Shown here piece by piece: positions 1 to 13,253 of a DNA stretch of 64,000 bases; position 1 is the first letter of the stretch, and each line of letters begins with the position of its first letter. The position numbers and the translations under genes were made by a program. Below the pieces are notes generated by a model. It was not told the origin of the DNA. It saw only the letters and a program-made list of their open reading frames with translations, and did no database searches. The DNA is taken from positions 28,800,067 to 28,864,066 of the forward strand of contig JASCQW010000130.1 in NCBI GenBank assembly GCA_030264375.1, written 5' to 3'. This DNA is from Carcharhinus longimanus. Lineage: Eukaryota.

Positions 1-988
1 CTTCATCAGATGAGTGTGAGTTCTGTTCACAAACAGGGTATATAAAGACACAAACTCAATTTACAATATAATGGTTGGAATGCGAGTCTTAATAGGTAAT
101 CAAGTCCTAAAGGTACAGACAATGTGAGTAGAGAGAGGGTTAAGCACAGGTTTAAGAAATGTGTATTGTCTCCAGCCAGGACAGTTAGTGGGATTTTGCA
201 AGCCCAGTCAAGTTGTGGGGGTTACAGATAGTGTGACATGAACCCAAGATCCCAGTGACCCAAGAATCCTCATGCGTGCAGAACTTGGCTATCAGTCTCT
301 GCCCAGTGACTCTGCGTTGTCGTGTGTCATGAAGGCCGCCCTGGAGAACGCTTACCCAAACATCAGAGGCTGAATGCCTGTGCCCGCTGAAGTGTTCCCC
401 AACAGGAAGAGAACACTCTTGCCTGGTGATTGTCGAGTGGTGTTCATTCATCAGTTGTTGTAGCGTCTGCATGGTCCCCCAATGTACCATGCCTCGAGAC
501 ATCCTTTCCTGCAGTGTATCAGGTAGACAACGTTGGCCGAGTTGCAGGTGTATGTACCTGGTTAATGATATTCTCACTTGAGATGATGGCATCTGTGTCG
601 GTGATGCGGCTCATCTGGCTCAACCGAGATCTTGGGTTCATGTCACACTATCTGTAATCCCCACAACTTGACTGGGCTTGCAAAATCTCACTAACTGTCC
701 TAGCTGGAGACAATGCACATCTCTTGTCCTGGCTGGAGACTATACACATCTCTTTAACCTGCGCTTGACCCTCTCTCCACTCACATTGTCTGTACCTTTA
801 AGACTTGATTACCTGTAAAGACTTGGATTCCAACCATTATTATATAAATTGAGTTTGTATCTTTGTATGCCCTGTGTGTGAAAGTAACTCCCACTCATCT
901 GATGAAGAGCAGCGCTCCGAAAGCTAGTGGCTTGTGCTACCAAATAAACATATTGGACTTTAACCTGATGTTGTGAGACTTCTTACTG
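1..988 (-). mobile_element. Penelope-like retroelement 3' fragment (GIY-YIG end) with inverted pseudo-LTRs; truncated by the window edge
   Basis: 1-250 is the reverse complement of ~630-907. ORF 185-592(-) has a degenerate GIY-YIG C-terminus (MQTLQQLMNEHHSTITRQECSLPVGEHFS) homologous to 60280-60470. Confidence 0.85.
891..930 (+). ncRNA. Minimal type-I hammerhead ribozyme motif in Penelope pLTR
   Basis: cat-CTGATGA-a-GAGC-agc-GCTC-c-GAAA-GC-TA-gtg: catalytic core boxes, 4-bp stem II, palindromic AGCT stem III, and stem I CAT/GTG. Confidence 0.65.
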
Positions 989-1255
989 GGTCTCCAAAGT
1001 CCCAGAAAAGTGTTATGAATGTTGGGTTGTAAATAGTTCTACTTTAAACAGTGCATTTACTTCCAAGATAAAAGAGTGTTAGGTCTCAAGGATAACTATT
1101 TAGCATTTCTACCTGGATACAAGGCCCAAATGATTCATGTTGTCTAAGAGGGGAAGAGTTTATAAAGTGTTCTTGGAAACTCAGGAAAAGGGTTAGTCTC
1201 TCAGGGTCTAGGAGAGAAACAGTAGCCAGCTGCCAAAAGTCTCTATGGTTCATAG

Positions 1256-2186
1256 TGTTAAGACCCAGGCCAAAGACTCCAAAGTGTTTTGTGAAGTTAA
1301 CCTAGACCTTAAGTTTTACATTTGATTTTGGCATTGGTGAGCAAAAGATGTTTTACTGTAGGCATAATGCAAGTGACCCACTAAGAAGCAATAAACAAAG
1401 TTTATTTAAGAATGTAGTTAAAATAAAAACAAAATAATTAGCACAACATTTACCAATTACAAGACTTAAACATGATTCAGCATAATGCCTAACAGCTAGC
1501 TATTTCTGTTGTTCCAAGTTAAACATCATCCAGCAGACATACCCTCTTCCTCAGACTGAGCAGAAACACAAGAATGCTCATGTAATGCTGGATTTTCAAC
1601 TTTGTAATACCAATGGACAGAAATCCAGACCAACTGTTTGCAGAGAAGGATATTTCCTGAAAACAACCAAATTTCAGAGAGGTAACTTAATTCCTGGTGA
1701 CTTCCAATTTTCAGACTCCAGACAGGAAAAAAGTTGTTTCTCTCATAGCTTCAAGCAGCTTCCGAAAATAAAACTAGAACTAAAATGCTCTGTGAAAAAT
1801 GCTGTCCTCAGTCACATGACATAACCTAGCAATCAATCTTTTAGTGAATTTTAAGGGGCGTCTGGACAAGTACATGAATAGGATGGGGAATAGAGGGTTG
1901 TAGTTCAGACAGGCAGCATGGTTAGTGCAGGCTTGGAGTGTCAAAGGGCCTGTTCCTGTGTAATTTTTTTTGTTCTTTTGTTTTTCTAACCCTAATCAAG
2001 CTCCATTGAGCAATCACAGGGGACACATCAAAACCACAGGACTGTTGCATTAGTTCAGATTAAAAATAAATATGATGTAAATTAGACTGCTTCAGTAACA
2101 ATGAAAGACACCAGCTACAGACAACACAGTTTCAACAAATTGCCAAGGACAGCAGAAACATCCCACAGAGAAACATGATTAAAATA
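1256..2186 (-). mobile_element. Gypsy-type LTR (same family as 17410-18114 and 24181-24995), with a CR1 3'-tail fragment at ~1840-1985
   Basis: Starts TGTTAAGACC-; 1256-1450 is similar to 17410-17600 and to the reverse complement of 24780-24995. Confidence 0.65.
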
Positions 2187-5100
2187 TTTTTTTTGATATG
2201 TTTATTGAAAAGTTTCTTATTTTACATAGCAAACAAACACAGATACAGATCCACACCATGCTCATGTGTACATTCCAATGTGACTGGGCACAGGACTCCC
2301 CGTGGCTGGGGGACGAGCCCCTGGTACCCCTGGAACCCACCCCGCCCAAGTCCTATCTAATTGCACCAGTAATGATGGTAATAATATATAAAAAAAGCAG
2401 AGGAACGCCGCTGGAGAATCAACAGAGTGTCCATGCAGCCCAGGCTATTAACTAGTGAGCAGAGAAAAGAAAAAGAGACAGCAAAGGAGGGAGGAGAAAG
2501 AGGGTGAGTGGGAAAAGAGAAAAGTTGTCGCGTTGGTCCCCACACCTCAGCAGGGTGGGCAGGCGTACTCAGGGTGCATCCATCAATCGGGGGAGGGGGG
2601 GGTTCTGCAGCGTCCCAACATACTCTATAAATCGTTGCCCTGTATTATAGAACCCAGCAGTGGACCCATGTAGTGTGCACCTCATCTTCTCCAGCTTAAT
2701 GGTATCTACCACTTCCTTCACCCACTGTNNNNNNNNNNNNNNNNNNNNNNNNNNNNNNNNNNNNNNNNNNNNNNNNNNNNNNNNNNNNNNNNNNNNNNNN
2801 NNNNNNNNNNNNNNNNNNNNNNNNNNNNCCCATTCCCTCGGACTCTAAGCATAGTTCCCCTCCTCTGTCCCTAAGAGGACCGATTTTTCCTCTAACCACC
2901 CTTTTATTCCTAACATAGGAGTAAAATGCTTTTGGATTTTCCTTAATCCTGTTTGCCAAGACCATTTCATGCCCCCTTTTCGCCCTTCTAACTCCCCGTT
3001 TGAGCTCCCTCTTACTCTCTCTGTATTCCTCCAATGCTCTCTCCGTTCCCAGTTGCTTAGACCTAACGTACGCCTCTCTTTTCCTCCTGACCAAGTCCTC
3101 AATCTCCCTAGTTATCCACAGCTCCCTGATCCTACCTTTCCCATCCTTCCTCTTAACCGGCACGTCTTTTTTGCAACTGTTTCAGCTGTCCCTTAAAAGA
3201 CTCCCTCATGCCGAATGTGGACTTCCGGCTGTATCTAGCCTTCCCCCAATTTTGCACCCTCCCCTTCAGACAGTACTCATCTTTTTCCATTATTATCTTG
3301 AAGTAGACTGAATTGTGGTCACTGTTTGCCACATGTTCCCCTATTGCAACCTCAACCACCTGACTAGGCTCATTTCCCAGAACTAGATCCAGTATAGCCC
3401 CCTCTCTAGTCAGGCTAGCTACATACTGCTCCAAAGAACCTTCCAGTACACATTTTACAAATTCCTCCCTGTCTGGACCCCCAGCCCTAGGCACCTCCCA
3501 ATCCACCCCAGGGAGATTAAAGTCTACCACTACAACAACCCTATTTTTTCTACACCTATCCAGGATTTCTTTGCATATCCTTTCTTCCACCTCCCGTGGG
3601 CTATTTGGTGGCCTATAGTACCAAAGTGGTTGCTCCCTTCCTATTCCTGAACTCCACCCACAGCGACTCATTTCCCAACTCCTCTAAATTATCCTCCCTC
3701 TGCACCGCTGTGATGTGATCCCTAACTAATAACGCCACTCCCCCACCTCTTTTTGACCCTCCTCTGTCACGCCTGAAACACTTATACCCTGGAATATTTA
3801 GCTGCCAGAGCTGCCCTTCCTTTAACCACGTCTCTGTCACTGCCACCACATCTAAATTCCTTGCAAACATTAAGGCCTTAAGTTCATCCGTTTTACCCGT
3901 TACGCTCCTCGCGTTAAAACAGACGCACTCCAGACCTCCAGGCCCACTCGGATCCTCCCTGTCCCAGATGATTTTCCTCTCGTCCAATCTTACCCTGTCA
4001 CCCAACTCGCTCCCAATCCCAGTGCCTACTGAGCTATCGGTTTCATCCCCACCCCCCTTCCACATTAGTTTAAACCCTGCCGAAACACTCCAGCTAACCT
4101 CCCAGCTAAAATTAACCACTGATAATTTTGTTGGGACAGAATTTGAGAATAAAGAACAGAAATGAAACCATGCATAGTAATAGAAGGCACTAAGAAAATG
4201 TCAATGGAGGCACGAGGTGGGAGGTCGGAAATTGGGGATCAGGCCTAGTACAAAGTCTCGAATTTGCAAATATCTGACAAATTGCGTTGCAAGTAAAGCA
4301 AACTTATCCACCACCTGCTGGAATGGTGCAAACACACCATCCACATACAAGTCCTGGAATGTTCTGATCTCGTGCTTGACTCATATATTGAAAGCACCGT
4401 CCAAAACAGACGGAGGAGAAGATTGGTTAGCTGATACTGGGGAAGCTAGCAACCAGGCCTGAAACCTAAAGTGGCATCTAAATTACGTTCAAATGCTAAG
4501 AGTTGACTTGACAAGTGCACTCCTAGTATACTGAGAGGAGGGAAAATTTACTGGGGAACATATCAAGGCAGCTAGGGAAGATGGAGCACAGGAGGAGGAT
4601 TTTAACTGCAGCCAACAAGGAACCTCCTGTTGCCTTTCTGCACGCAACACACTACCACTCTCACAATAAAATCAAGAATTGGGCAATCCCATACCTCCCC
4701 TCGGTTTAGGGCTTTGCAAGACTGCCCTCCATGTTCTTGGGTTTTTTTCTATTCCAGACAAAGCTTGAAATGATCTGATCAAGTCTGTGAAAAAAGGATT
4801 TGGGGATGAACACCAGGATGCACTGAAAGAGATATTAAAACTTGGATAGTATGTTCATCTTTACTGTATCGATATGGCCTGCTAACGATAATGGGAGGAT
4901 GGACCAACATTTGAGGTCCTGTTCCATCCACCTCATGAGTAGAGCAAAGTTAGCTCCAAAGAGCCCACTAAATTTGCTAGTCACTTGCACTCCCAAGTAA
5001 GTAAACTGCCTAGTGACAAACTTGAAAGGCTTCGAGCCACTGCCTTCAAAGGAAGGAGCTCACTCTTATTCAAGTTAAGCTTGTACCCTGAAATGCAACC

Positions 5101-8100
5101 AAACCTCTCTAGTATAGATAAGACTTCGGGAATCGAGTTGGACGGGTTGCTGACATACAATAGTAGGTCATTGCGTACAGCGATACTCTCTGCTCGATTC
5201 CCTCCCGACCAATCCCCACCACTGATTTGCTGTTGTGAAAAGCCACAGTAAGAGGTTCAATAGCAATGGCAAATAACTGAGGAGAGAGGAGGCATCCTTG
5301 CCTAGTGCCCCGGGACAAAGGGAAAAAAGTTGAATGCACATTGTTTGTCTAGACTGAGGCAACAGGGACAGAGTACAGTATTTTGATCCAGGAGTTAAGT
5401 TTTGGGCCGAACCTCAACTTCCCAAAAGCATAAAATAAATAATCCCATTCCACCCCATCAAATGTTTTATCAACATCCAGCAGGATTAACATCTTCAGCT
5501 TGGAGGTGGCAGTGCATACATAATGTTAAACAGCTGCTGAATATTCAAGTACATATGTCTATTTTTAATGAACACAGTCTGGTCAGGCGAGATGATAGAG
5601 GGCAGAATGTTCTCCAAGTGAATGGTCAGAATCTTAGAGATCAGATTGAGATCCACGTTCAGCAATGAGATTGATCTATAAGAGCTGCAGATTTGCAGGT
5701 CTTTATTCTTTTTAAGGATATGCAAAATTGTCGCTTGCCTCAAAGTCTGCAAGACAGCATGGTTCTCATATGATTCATTGATCATGTGCAATAGCAGGGG
5801 AGCCAACCTATCCTTAAATTTTTATAGAATTTGATGCGGTACCCATCTGGTCCCGGACATTTCCCACTCAACATAGTTCTATCTGCCCTAACAATTTCTT
5901 CAACATCGATTGGTTTTTGTAGTGCCATGGCCACTCCCCTATCCACCACGGGGAGATTCAGTGCCCCAAAGAACTCCTGAAAGTCCGCCTCATTGGTGGT
6001 AGTGTCCGAGCTATAGAGGGTTGAGTTCAAGTCTCTAAATAGTTCATTTATTTGCTGTGGATCAGTACAGACCCTATTAGGAGTCTGCATTTGTAGTATT
6101 AGACTTTTGACAGAGAATTGGCGCAGCTGATGAGCTGGTAGCTTGCTTGCCTTGTCCCCATGCTCATAGTGTATATAATCAGAACAGCATCTCTTCCACT
6201 TGACGTGAGGATAAGGTCTCAAACTCAGTCTGTAGTAGTAAATAGTTCTTATATAGCTCTGGGGCCGGACCCACGCAGCACCAACTTGGGCGAATTGCTC
6301 CAGCAATTCCAATAACATCCTCCCTACCTGAATGAGAAAGGTCAGGTGAGACAGGGGCTTTGGAATTCCAGCAAAGCTGGAATTAGATATGATCAGGCAC
6401 CTTAAATAAGCTTTCAATGTCTCCCATAAGGTAGGTGCCGAGACTCCTGGAGCATCATCAAACTCTAAGAAATCATCAGTGTGGGTTAACAGAAATCTAA
6501 CAAATTCATCATCAGAGAGCAGTGTTAAATCACCAAGGTATATGGGGGTCCACCCTACTCCGCACTACAAAGTCCATTGTCAAGGCAGCATGGTCCGAAA
6601 TTACAGTGGTCTCGTTGGAGTGTGAGCGCGCTGCCGGAAGCAACTTATTATCTACCAAAAAGTAATCTATATGTGAATACGTTCGGTGGACAGGTGAAAA
6701 AAAAATCCCTACTAGTGGGGTTAAGAAGCCTTCATGGGTCTGACACTGCATATTCTGTCAGAAATGATTTAATAATTTCTGCTGACTTGGGAGATACAGC
6801 AGTCCTGGGGGAGGAGCGGTCCAGGACAGGATTCAACCAACAGTTGAAATCTCTAACTAGTATCAACTGAGGTGAATTCAAATCTGGAAATAGCATGAAA
6901 AATGACCGGAAAAAATTTTCACAGTCCCAGTTTCAAGCATACACACTGACTAACACCGGGGACATCTCATATAATTTACCGTATTGGCCATTTGAATCAG
7001 AAATGACATTGGCTACTGCCAAAGGTAAGGATTTGTGGATGAGGATTGCTGCCCTCCTGTGCCTCAGTGTGAAAAGTTGAGTGAAAGCATTGACTTCCCC
7101 CATCTTCTGCAGAGCCTAAAATAGTCCACTGGCCTGAGGTGGGTCTCTTGGAGGAATGGAATTTGGATCCCAGTTATCGAAGATGTTGAATTATTGTACT
7201 GAGCTTAACCGGACAATTTAACCCTGTGACATTCCAACTAGTGAACTTTATTACTCTGAAGTCAGAGTGTAAGGACCTCCTAGCCAGCATGCCACATTCC
7301 TAACAGTAGCGTGGTATCGCTCCTCACTGGGGAGTCTCCCCCAACTGCTGACATCAGCAGACGCCACACCCCAGGGCCTCACACCCCATCGGCCACAGGG
7401 AACCAACCACGAGAAAGAGACCAAACCACACCCACAGAGAGAAAAAGATAAAGCAAAGACAGAAAAACACCCACACAGAACAAAACACAAACACAGCATC
7501 CCCCCTCCTACCCTCACACACGTCTTCCCAAACAGGGTGTCTGTGCCTCCAACACCTCTTTATCGCGGCGCCTTCATAGCACTCCACATGGAACATGATC
7601 TCCACCTCCATTCCCATTGCAGTCACAGGCTGTGTGGGCGATCCAAAAGCGGCTCATCTTCAAGTTCCAGCACAGTTTTTAATAGCCAGGCGACAAAATC
7701 TTTTATATTTGGGCCCTCGATTCCCTCCAGAAGGTCTATCAGATGGATGTTATTTCATCTTTGGCATCCTTCCATTTCATCAAATTTCTCCCTTAGGGAC
7801 TTAACCTCTGAAGTCAAATGAATAATTTGGCTCTTCACCTCAGAGATAGTGTTTACACTAAATGCCTCCCAGTCCTCAAGCTCCTTCAAGCGATTCTCAT
7901 GGGTGACGGTGACACCTTGCAGAGATTTAACAGATGATCTGAGCTCCTTTCTCAGTTTGGCTTGCAATTTAGTGGCCAACCAGTCCAACTTACTGTCCAA
8001 TCTTTGTGTGGCCTCCATAATAGCTTCCCCCGTCCTTTCGCTCAGCATGCTCTGTTCAGGGATCCCCCCAGGAGAACGTGCCCCTGTAGTCCCATTCTTC

Positions 8101-8230
8101 GATTTTAGTTTGCCTCCTGCCATTTTGTTAGTGCCAGCACCTGTGGGCTCACCCATTTCCTCTAGAATGGAATGCTATTTCTTGGTACACATATCAAGCT
8201 GTCTCGCTGCTCGATCTACCAGTTCTTAGA
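2187..8230 (-). mobile_element. Near full-length degenerate L1/Tx1-clade LINE (ORF1 ~8156-7540, ORF2 ~7250-2600, 3'UTR and polyA at 2187-2206), interrupted by a CR1 and a gap
   Basis: ORF1 coiled coil (HENRLKELED...SEVKSLREKFDEMEG). ORF2 motifs YSHIDYFLV, SDHA, KAYLR, EHGDKASK, KCPGPDGY, YRSISLLNVD, RGTRQGCLLSPQLF, RYLQIRDF, and C-terminal KLEKMRCTLHGS. AATAAA and an A-tract on the minus strand. Confidence 0.85.
2829..4077 (-). mobile_element. CR1-clade LINE ORF2 N-terminal part (apurinic endonuclease), frameshifted, nested in the L1
   Basis: CFNARS, VAVTETWL, FRRDR..GGGVALLV, YYRPPNS, DFNLP, TREGAILDLVL, SDHN, IKENPKAFY across ORFs 3613-4119, 3153-3671 and 2696-3163. Confidence 0.9.
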
Positions 8231-8310
8231 TGGATTGCTTATCACTTTACTTCACCTTACCTGGGCAAAAAGAAGCAGCAAAGAGTTCACAACCATACTG
8301 NNNNNNNNNN

Positions 8311-8881
8311 CAAGTTGCAGCTCTTCTCCCTCACTTTAATTCAGCCTAGGTCGGATAAAAAATAAACAGCAGTGTCCCAGGTTGACCTGACAGTTTTATG
8401 ACTCAGGAGTTCTTCCCTGGGCTGCCCCCTCGACCCTAAACCAATTCACACTTGACTAAGTGAAAAAACTATAAGATGGTTCCTGACTGAACTGCAAGTC
8501 CCAACATGCCTTTCATTGAGCTCTAGCTGCAAAAAAAGTAAATCAAAAGTAGAAATAACAGCTTGTAATTTGCAGCAGAACATCAATGGCTCCTGCTTCC
8601 CACTTTAATTCACTCTTTCCCACTTAGCACACACAGTAAATTCCAACCGGCAAGAAGGAATCTAAAAATAACCCTTTCCAGCTAGACTTTTGAAGTTCTC
8701 TCTTTGCAACTGCACTCCAGGTATGTTTAAAGCTTGCTTGTTGTACATTAACCTCTCTCCAGACCTCAACAAATAGCCGGATTTCAAGAAGGATTTTGCC
8801 ACCTGTGAATCATACTTCCTCTCATACCAGCGCTATCTTTGATCCTTAAAATACATTTCTTAAAGTCACATTACCATCACA
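8311..8881 (-). mobile_element. Partial Gypsy-type LTR
   Basis: Ends CATTTCTTAAAGTCACATTACCATCACA, matching the end of the solo LTR at 18085-18114. Confidence 0.5.
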
Positions 8882-9891
8882 AAAGGATGGTGAGTGGAAG
8901 CTTGTGCTCAGATTAGAAAGAACAAATGCTTAATGAGTTAAAATGAAGCTGAAGAAGAAATTTCTGTGGGGGGAAGTGTGGAAGAACCTCGCTGCAAGAG
9001 AATTCTAAGATTACATGTCACCAGACTGAGAAAGGAAAAGAATAGAAATAAACTCTTCATAGCTCAGAATCACTTTGGACTACTTATGGGAGATCTAAAT
9101 TTCTCAAAAGATTGTGACTGTATTCTTATGAGATGTGTTTTATTTTTCGGCTTTGCTAAAATTATAAAGGGAAAAGTTGTGTTTTAAAACTTCTCTTGTG
9201 TTATTCTTTCAGTTATTAACTGGAAGTTCGAAAATCTTTTTAAAAGTTATTCGTCTCTACAAATATCATAACAAAATGCAAGATGAACAGAGGACTTGGA
9301 AAGATAAGCAACATTAAAATAAAATGCAGTTCAGAAGTAGGAGGATTCATATGGCAAATATAAGGAAGGTAAGATGGGTTTAGAATGCAAGTGTTTAAGT
9401 GCTTGGAATATGTTAAATAAGGTTTTTGAGTAGCAGCTACAATCGTAACATGGATTATTATATAGTGGCTAATAATGAAATCCAAATAGAGGAATGGGAA
9501 CTCATTATTTCTGGCTACAGTACACTCAGGAAGGATGTGGGAAGGGAAAAAGGAGGAGCAGTGGTAGTTTGATCAAAGATAATGGCCCGTAACCTCTTCA
9601 GAGAAGCAATCACCAGTGGATTGACACTCTGGAGAGGCTTAGCTTTGTTGGAATTCCAAAGCCCCTGTCTCACCTGACCTTTCTCACTCAGGCAGGTGAG
9701 ACCTGCGCAAAGATATTTTGGCCTTGGAGGGAGTGCAGAGGAGGTTTACTAGGCTGATACCGGAGTTGAGGGGGTTGNNNNNNNNNNNNNNNNNNNNNNN
9801 NNNNNTTAAAGAGACTATCAAAAGGGAGAAGAAAAGTTTCAAAGGTAAGTGGCGGTTCAGACACTAGACTGGGAGGTGGGTGTCAGACACT

Positions 9892-10354
9892 GGGCCCTAT
9901 TTTACTATTTTGATTCTAAGTGCTGGGTGAGCTTGAAACTGGGAGTGTTTCAAATCCATTCTCAGGCATGCCCATATGCACTTTGCCTGTATAAATATCA
10001 GCGATTCTGAATTGCTGTGGGTGGGGCTTAACGCGCCCAAAACCTGTAGCTCCATTCAGTGTCTCCAACTGCGCATGCGCAAAACAAAGATAGAATGCGG
10101 CTCCCCTGCCACATTGCTCCCAGTTGAATAATGCCTCCCCCTGGCCCCCACAGACATTGCTACCCCCCCACAACATTACTGACCCCCTTATCCACCCACC
10201 CCTTCCGCCACCCAGACCAATCACAGGCCCCTCCCCCTCTGATCTCAGGCAGAGTGGCAGCAGTCACCCCCCTTCCCCCTCACTGATCAGAGACAGTGTG
10301 GCAGTGGACCCCCCCACTGCTGCCTCACTAATCACAGGTAGAGTGGCAATGGAC
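9892..10354 (+). mobile_element. Non-autonomous PIF/Harbinger-like element (left part) with internal GC-rich minisatellite; runs into an N gap
   Basis: Starts GGGCCCTATTTTACTATTTTGATTCTAAGTGC, nearly identical to 35350 onward. Repeats of CCCCCTCACTGATC..AGAGTGGCAG. Confidence 0.6.
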
Positions 10355-11130
10355 NNNNNNNNNNNNNNNNNNNNNNNNNNNNNNNNNNNNNNNNNNNNNN
10401 NNNNNNNNNNNNNNNNNNNNNNNNNNNNNNNNNNNNNNNNNNNNNNNNNNNNNNNNNNNNNNNNNNNNNNNNNNNNNNNNNNNNNNNNNNNNNNNNNNNN
10501 NNNNNNNNNNNNNNNNNNNNNNNNNNNNNNNNNNNNNNNNNNNNNNNNNNNNNNNNNNNNNNNNNNNNNNNNNNNNNNNNNNNNNNNNNNNNNNNNNNNN
10601 NNNNNNNNNNNNNNNNNNNNNNNNNNNNNNNNNNNNNNNNNNNNNNNNNNNNNNNNNNNNNNNNNNNNNNNNNNNNNNNNNNNNNNNNNNNNNNNNNNNN
10701 NNNNNNNNNNNNNNNNNNNNNNNNNNNNNNNNNNNNNNNNNNNNNNNNNNNNNNNNNNNNNNNNNNNNNNNNNNNNNNNNNNNNNNNNNNNNNNNNNNNN
10801 NNNNNNNNNNNNNNNNNNNNNNNNNNNNNNNNNNNNNNNNNNNNNNNNNNNNNNNNNNNNNNNNNNNNNNNNNNNNNNNNNNNNNNNNNNNNNNNNNNNN
10901 NNNNNNNNNNNNNNNNNNNNNNNNNNNNNNNNNNNNNNNNNNNNNNNNNNNNNNNNNNNNNNNNNNNNNNNNNNNNNNNNNNNNNNNNNNNNNNNNNNNN
11001 NNNNNNNNNNNNNNNNNNNNNNNNNNNNNNNNNNNNNNNNNNNNNNNNNNNNNNNNNNNNNNNNNNNNNNNNNNNNNNNNNNNNNNNNNNNNNNNNNNNN
11101 NNNNNNNNNNNNNNNNNNNNNNNNNNNNNN

Positions 11131-11425
11131 CTGCCTCACAGCTCCAGGGACCTGGGTTCGATTCCTGGTTTGGGTTACTGTCTGTGTGGATTTTGCACAT
11201 TCTCCTTGTATCTGTGTGGGTTTCCTCTCACAGTACAAAGGTATGCAGGTTAGGAGGATTGGCCATGCAAAATTGTCCTTACTGTCCCGGGATGCGTAGG
11301 TTAGAGGGATGAGCGGGATAAATATATGGGGTTATAGAATAGGGTCTAGGTGGAATTGTTGTTGGTGCAGACTCGATGGGCTCAATGGCCTCCTTCTGCA
11401 CTGTAGAATTTTTATGATTCTATGA
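11131..11425 (+). mobile_element. tRNA-derived HE1/V-SINE-like SINE with CR1-type tail
   Basis: CTGCCTCACAG..CCAGGGACCTGGGTTCGATTCC (B box), central GTCTGTGTGGA.TTTGCACATTCTCC, and tail ATGGCCTCCTTCTGCACTGTAG..ATTCTATG. Confidence 0.85.
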
Positions 11426-13115
11426 AAAGTTTGATGGCAGCAGGGAAGAAGCTTTTCTTGAGTCAGTTGGTGTGTAATCTCAGATCTTTGTATCTTTTTC
11501 CCAACGGAAGGAAGTGGAAGAGAGTATGTCTGGGGTGCATGGGGTCCTTGATTATGCTGGCTGCTTTTCCAAAGCAGCAGAAAATGTAGATGGAGTCAAT
11601 GGGTGGGAGGCTGGTTTGCATGATAGATTGGGTTACATTCACATTCCTTTGTATTTTTTTGCAGTTTTGGTCAGATCCGGAGCCATATCAAGTTGTGATA
11701 CATCCAGAAAGGATGCTTTCTATGGTGCATCTGTAAAAATGGGGTATAGTGTGTCCACAGTATAAGGGGAGCTGGGGGTGCCTGCACATTGGAGTGCTCA
11801 GCAGCCAGCTTCCTGTGAGCTGAAACTCTACCTCCACCCCACCACCACTAGCAAAATTTAAGTTTCTGCATTACATACAGTGCCTACTGTAAACTACCAC
11901 CATTTAGCTGGCTAGAAAAAGCCCGTTTTACACTTAGAATCTTTCTGAGGAAATTCCACCCTACATAAATTAAATAGGAGTAGAGAGACCTATAGACATA
12001 ATTGTCTGTATACAGTTACATGGGTAAGATGAGCATAGAGGGATATGGACCAAATGCGAGCAGTTTGGACTAACTTAGTGGTAAAAACTGGATGGCATGG
12101 TTAAGTTGGCCTGAAGGGCCTGTTTCCATGCTGTAAACTTCTATGATTCTATAGGATGTAGACATAAGGTTTTGAAACAGGCAGAACAAGAAAGCTATTT
12201 AAAAGCATGTGGAATCCTTGGCTTTATAAATATATGTAGAGGCATAAGGTTACAAATGCAATTAATACTGAGCACTTACAAAATTCAAGTCCCAGCTGGT
12301 GAATTTTGGCCAATTATGGGCACCACATTTTAGGAATGTATTAAAGGTCATAGAGAACATGTGGAGAATTACTAGATGATACCAGGGATGGAGGACTTAA
12401 GTTACTTGGAGAATTTAGAAACACCAAAGGTATTCTTAGAATTTAGAGGATTGATTGAAAGAGATATACAAAATCTTGAAAAGTTTTGATAACAAAAAAT
12501 TGCTTCCAATGGCAGGAGGTCACAACTAGAGAACATGTAAGACATCACCTCATTGACTCATTTATGTAATAAATAAAGTTTAAGTTATTAATCTGTACCG
12601 TACGTAAGTTCAGAGTTGGAAAGTATTATTTTGTGTGTATTGTTGGAATGTTGTTAAGAAACTTTTAAGTTAGAATCTCTTTAAATGTAAAACACTGTAA
12701 TGTTGCTTTAAGGAGAAAATAAACACCGNNNNNNNNNNACATGTTGCATTCAGCATCCAGTGAGTCCAGCATTAGCAGTAAACAGAAAACAAAACCAGGA
12801 TATAAATTGGCTAAAAAGATGGCCTGAAGGTTAGAATTGTAAGAAAAGGGTACAAGTCAAAGGTAGCATATTGTCAGGAAGCCATAAGCATCCCCCAACC
12901 CTTTTCATTGGTTAAGAATTGTAAATATAGGATATAAATTGAGATTAGGTTGTTGTAGGGAAGACATGAGCTCACTTCTCATTGACCAAGAATTACAAAT
13001 ATTTCAGGTAGTTTATTAAGCTATATTTACACAAGTATTCAGACTTGGGCTGAATATTGCAAAAGCTGACTGAGAAAAATATAAAAATAAGGGAGCAGCA
13101 CTGGGATTTTTGTCC

Positions 13116-13253
13116 ATGTTAGAAGTCTCACAACACCAGGTTAAAATCCAACAGTAGTGGCGTTCGCTACCAAATAAACCTGTTGGACTTCAATCTGGTG
13201 TTGTGAGACTTCTTACTGTGTTTACCCCAGTCCAACGCCAGCATCTCCACATC
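13116..13253. mobile_element. Miniature Penelope pLTR hairpin insertion flanked by a 10-bp direct repeat
   Basis: 13121-13154 is inverted relative to 13180-13213. ATTTTTGTCC occurs at 13106-13115 and 13254-13263. The sequence matches the pLTR 3' end at 925-988 and 60780-60862. Confidence 0.75.

Noticed and set aside
10124-11299. Long ORFs of 290-391 aa
   Set aside because: Artefacts of translating through the N gap; the flanks are a MITE and a SINE.
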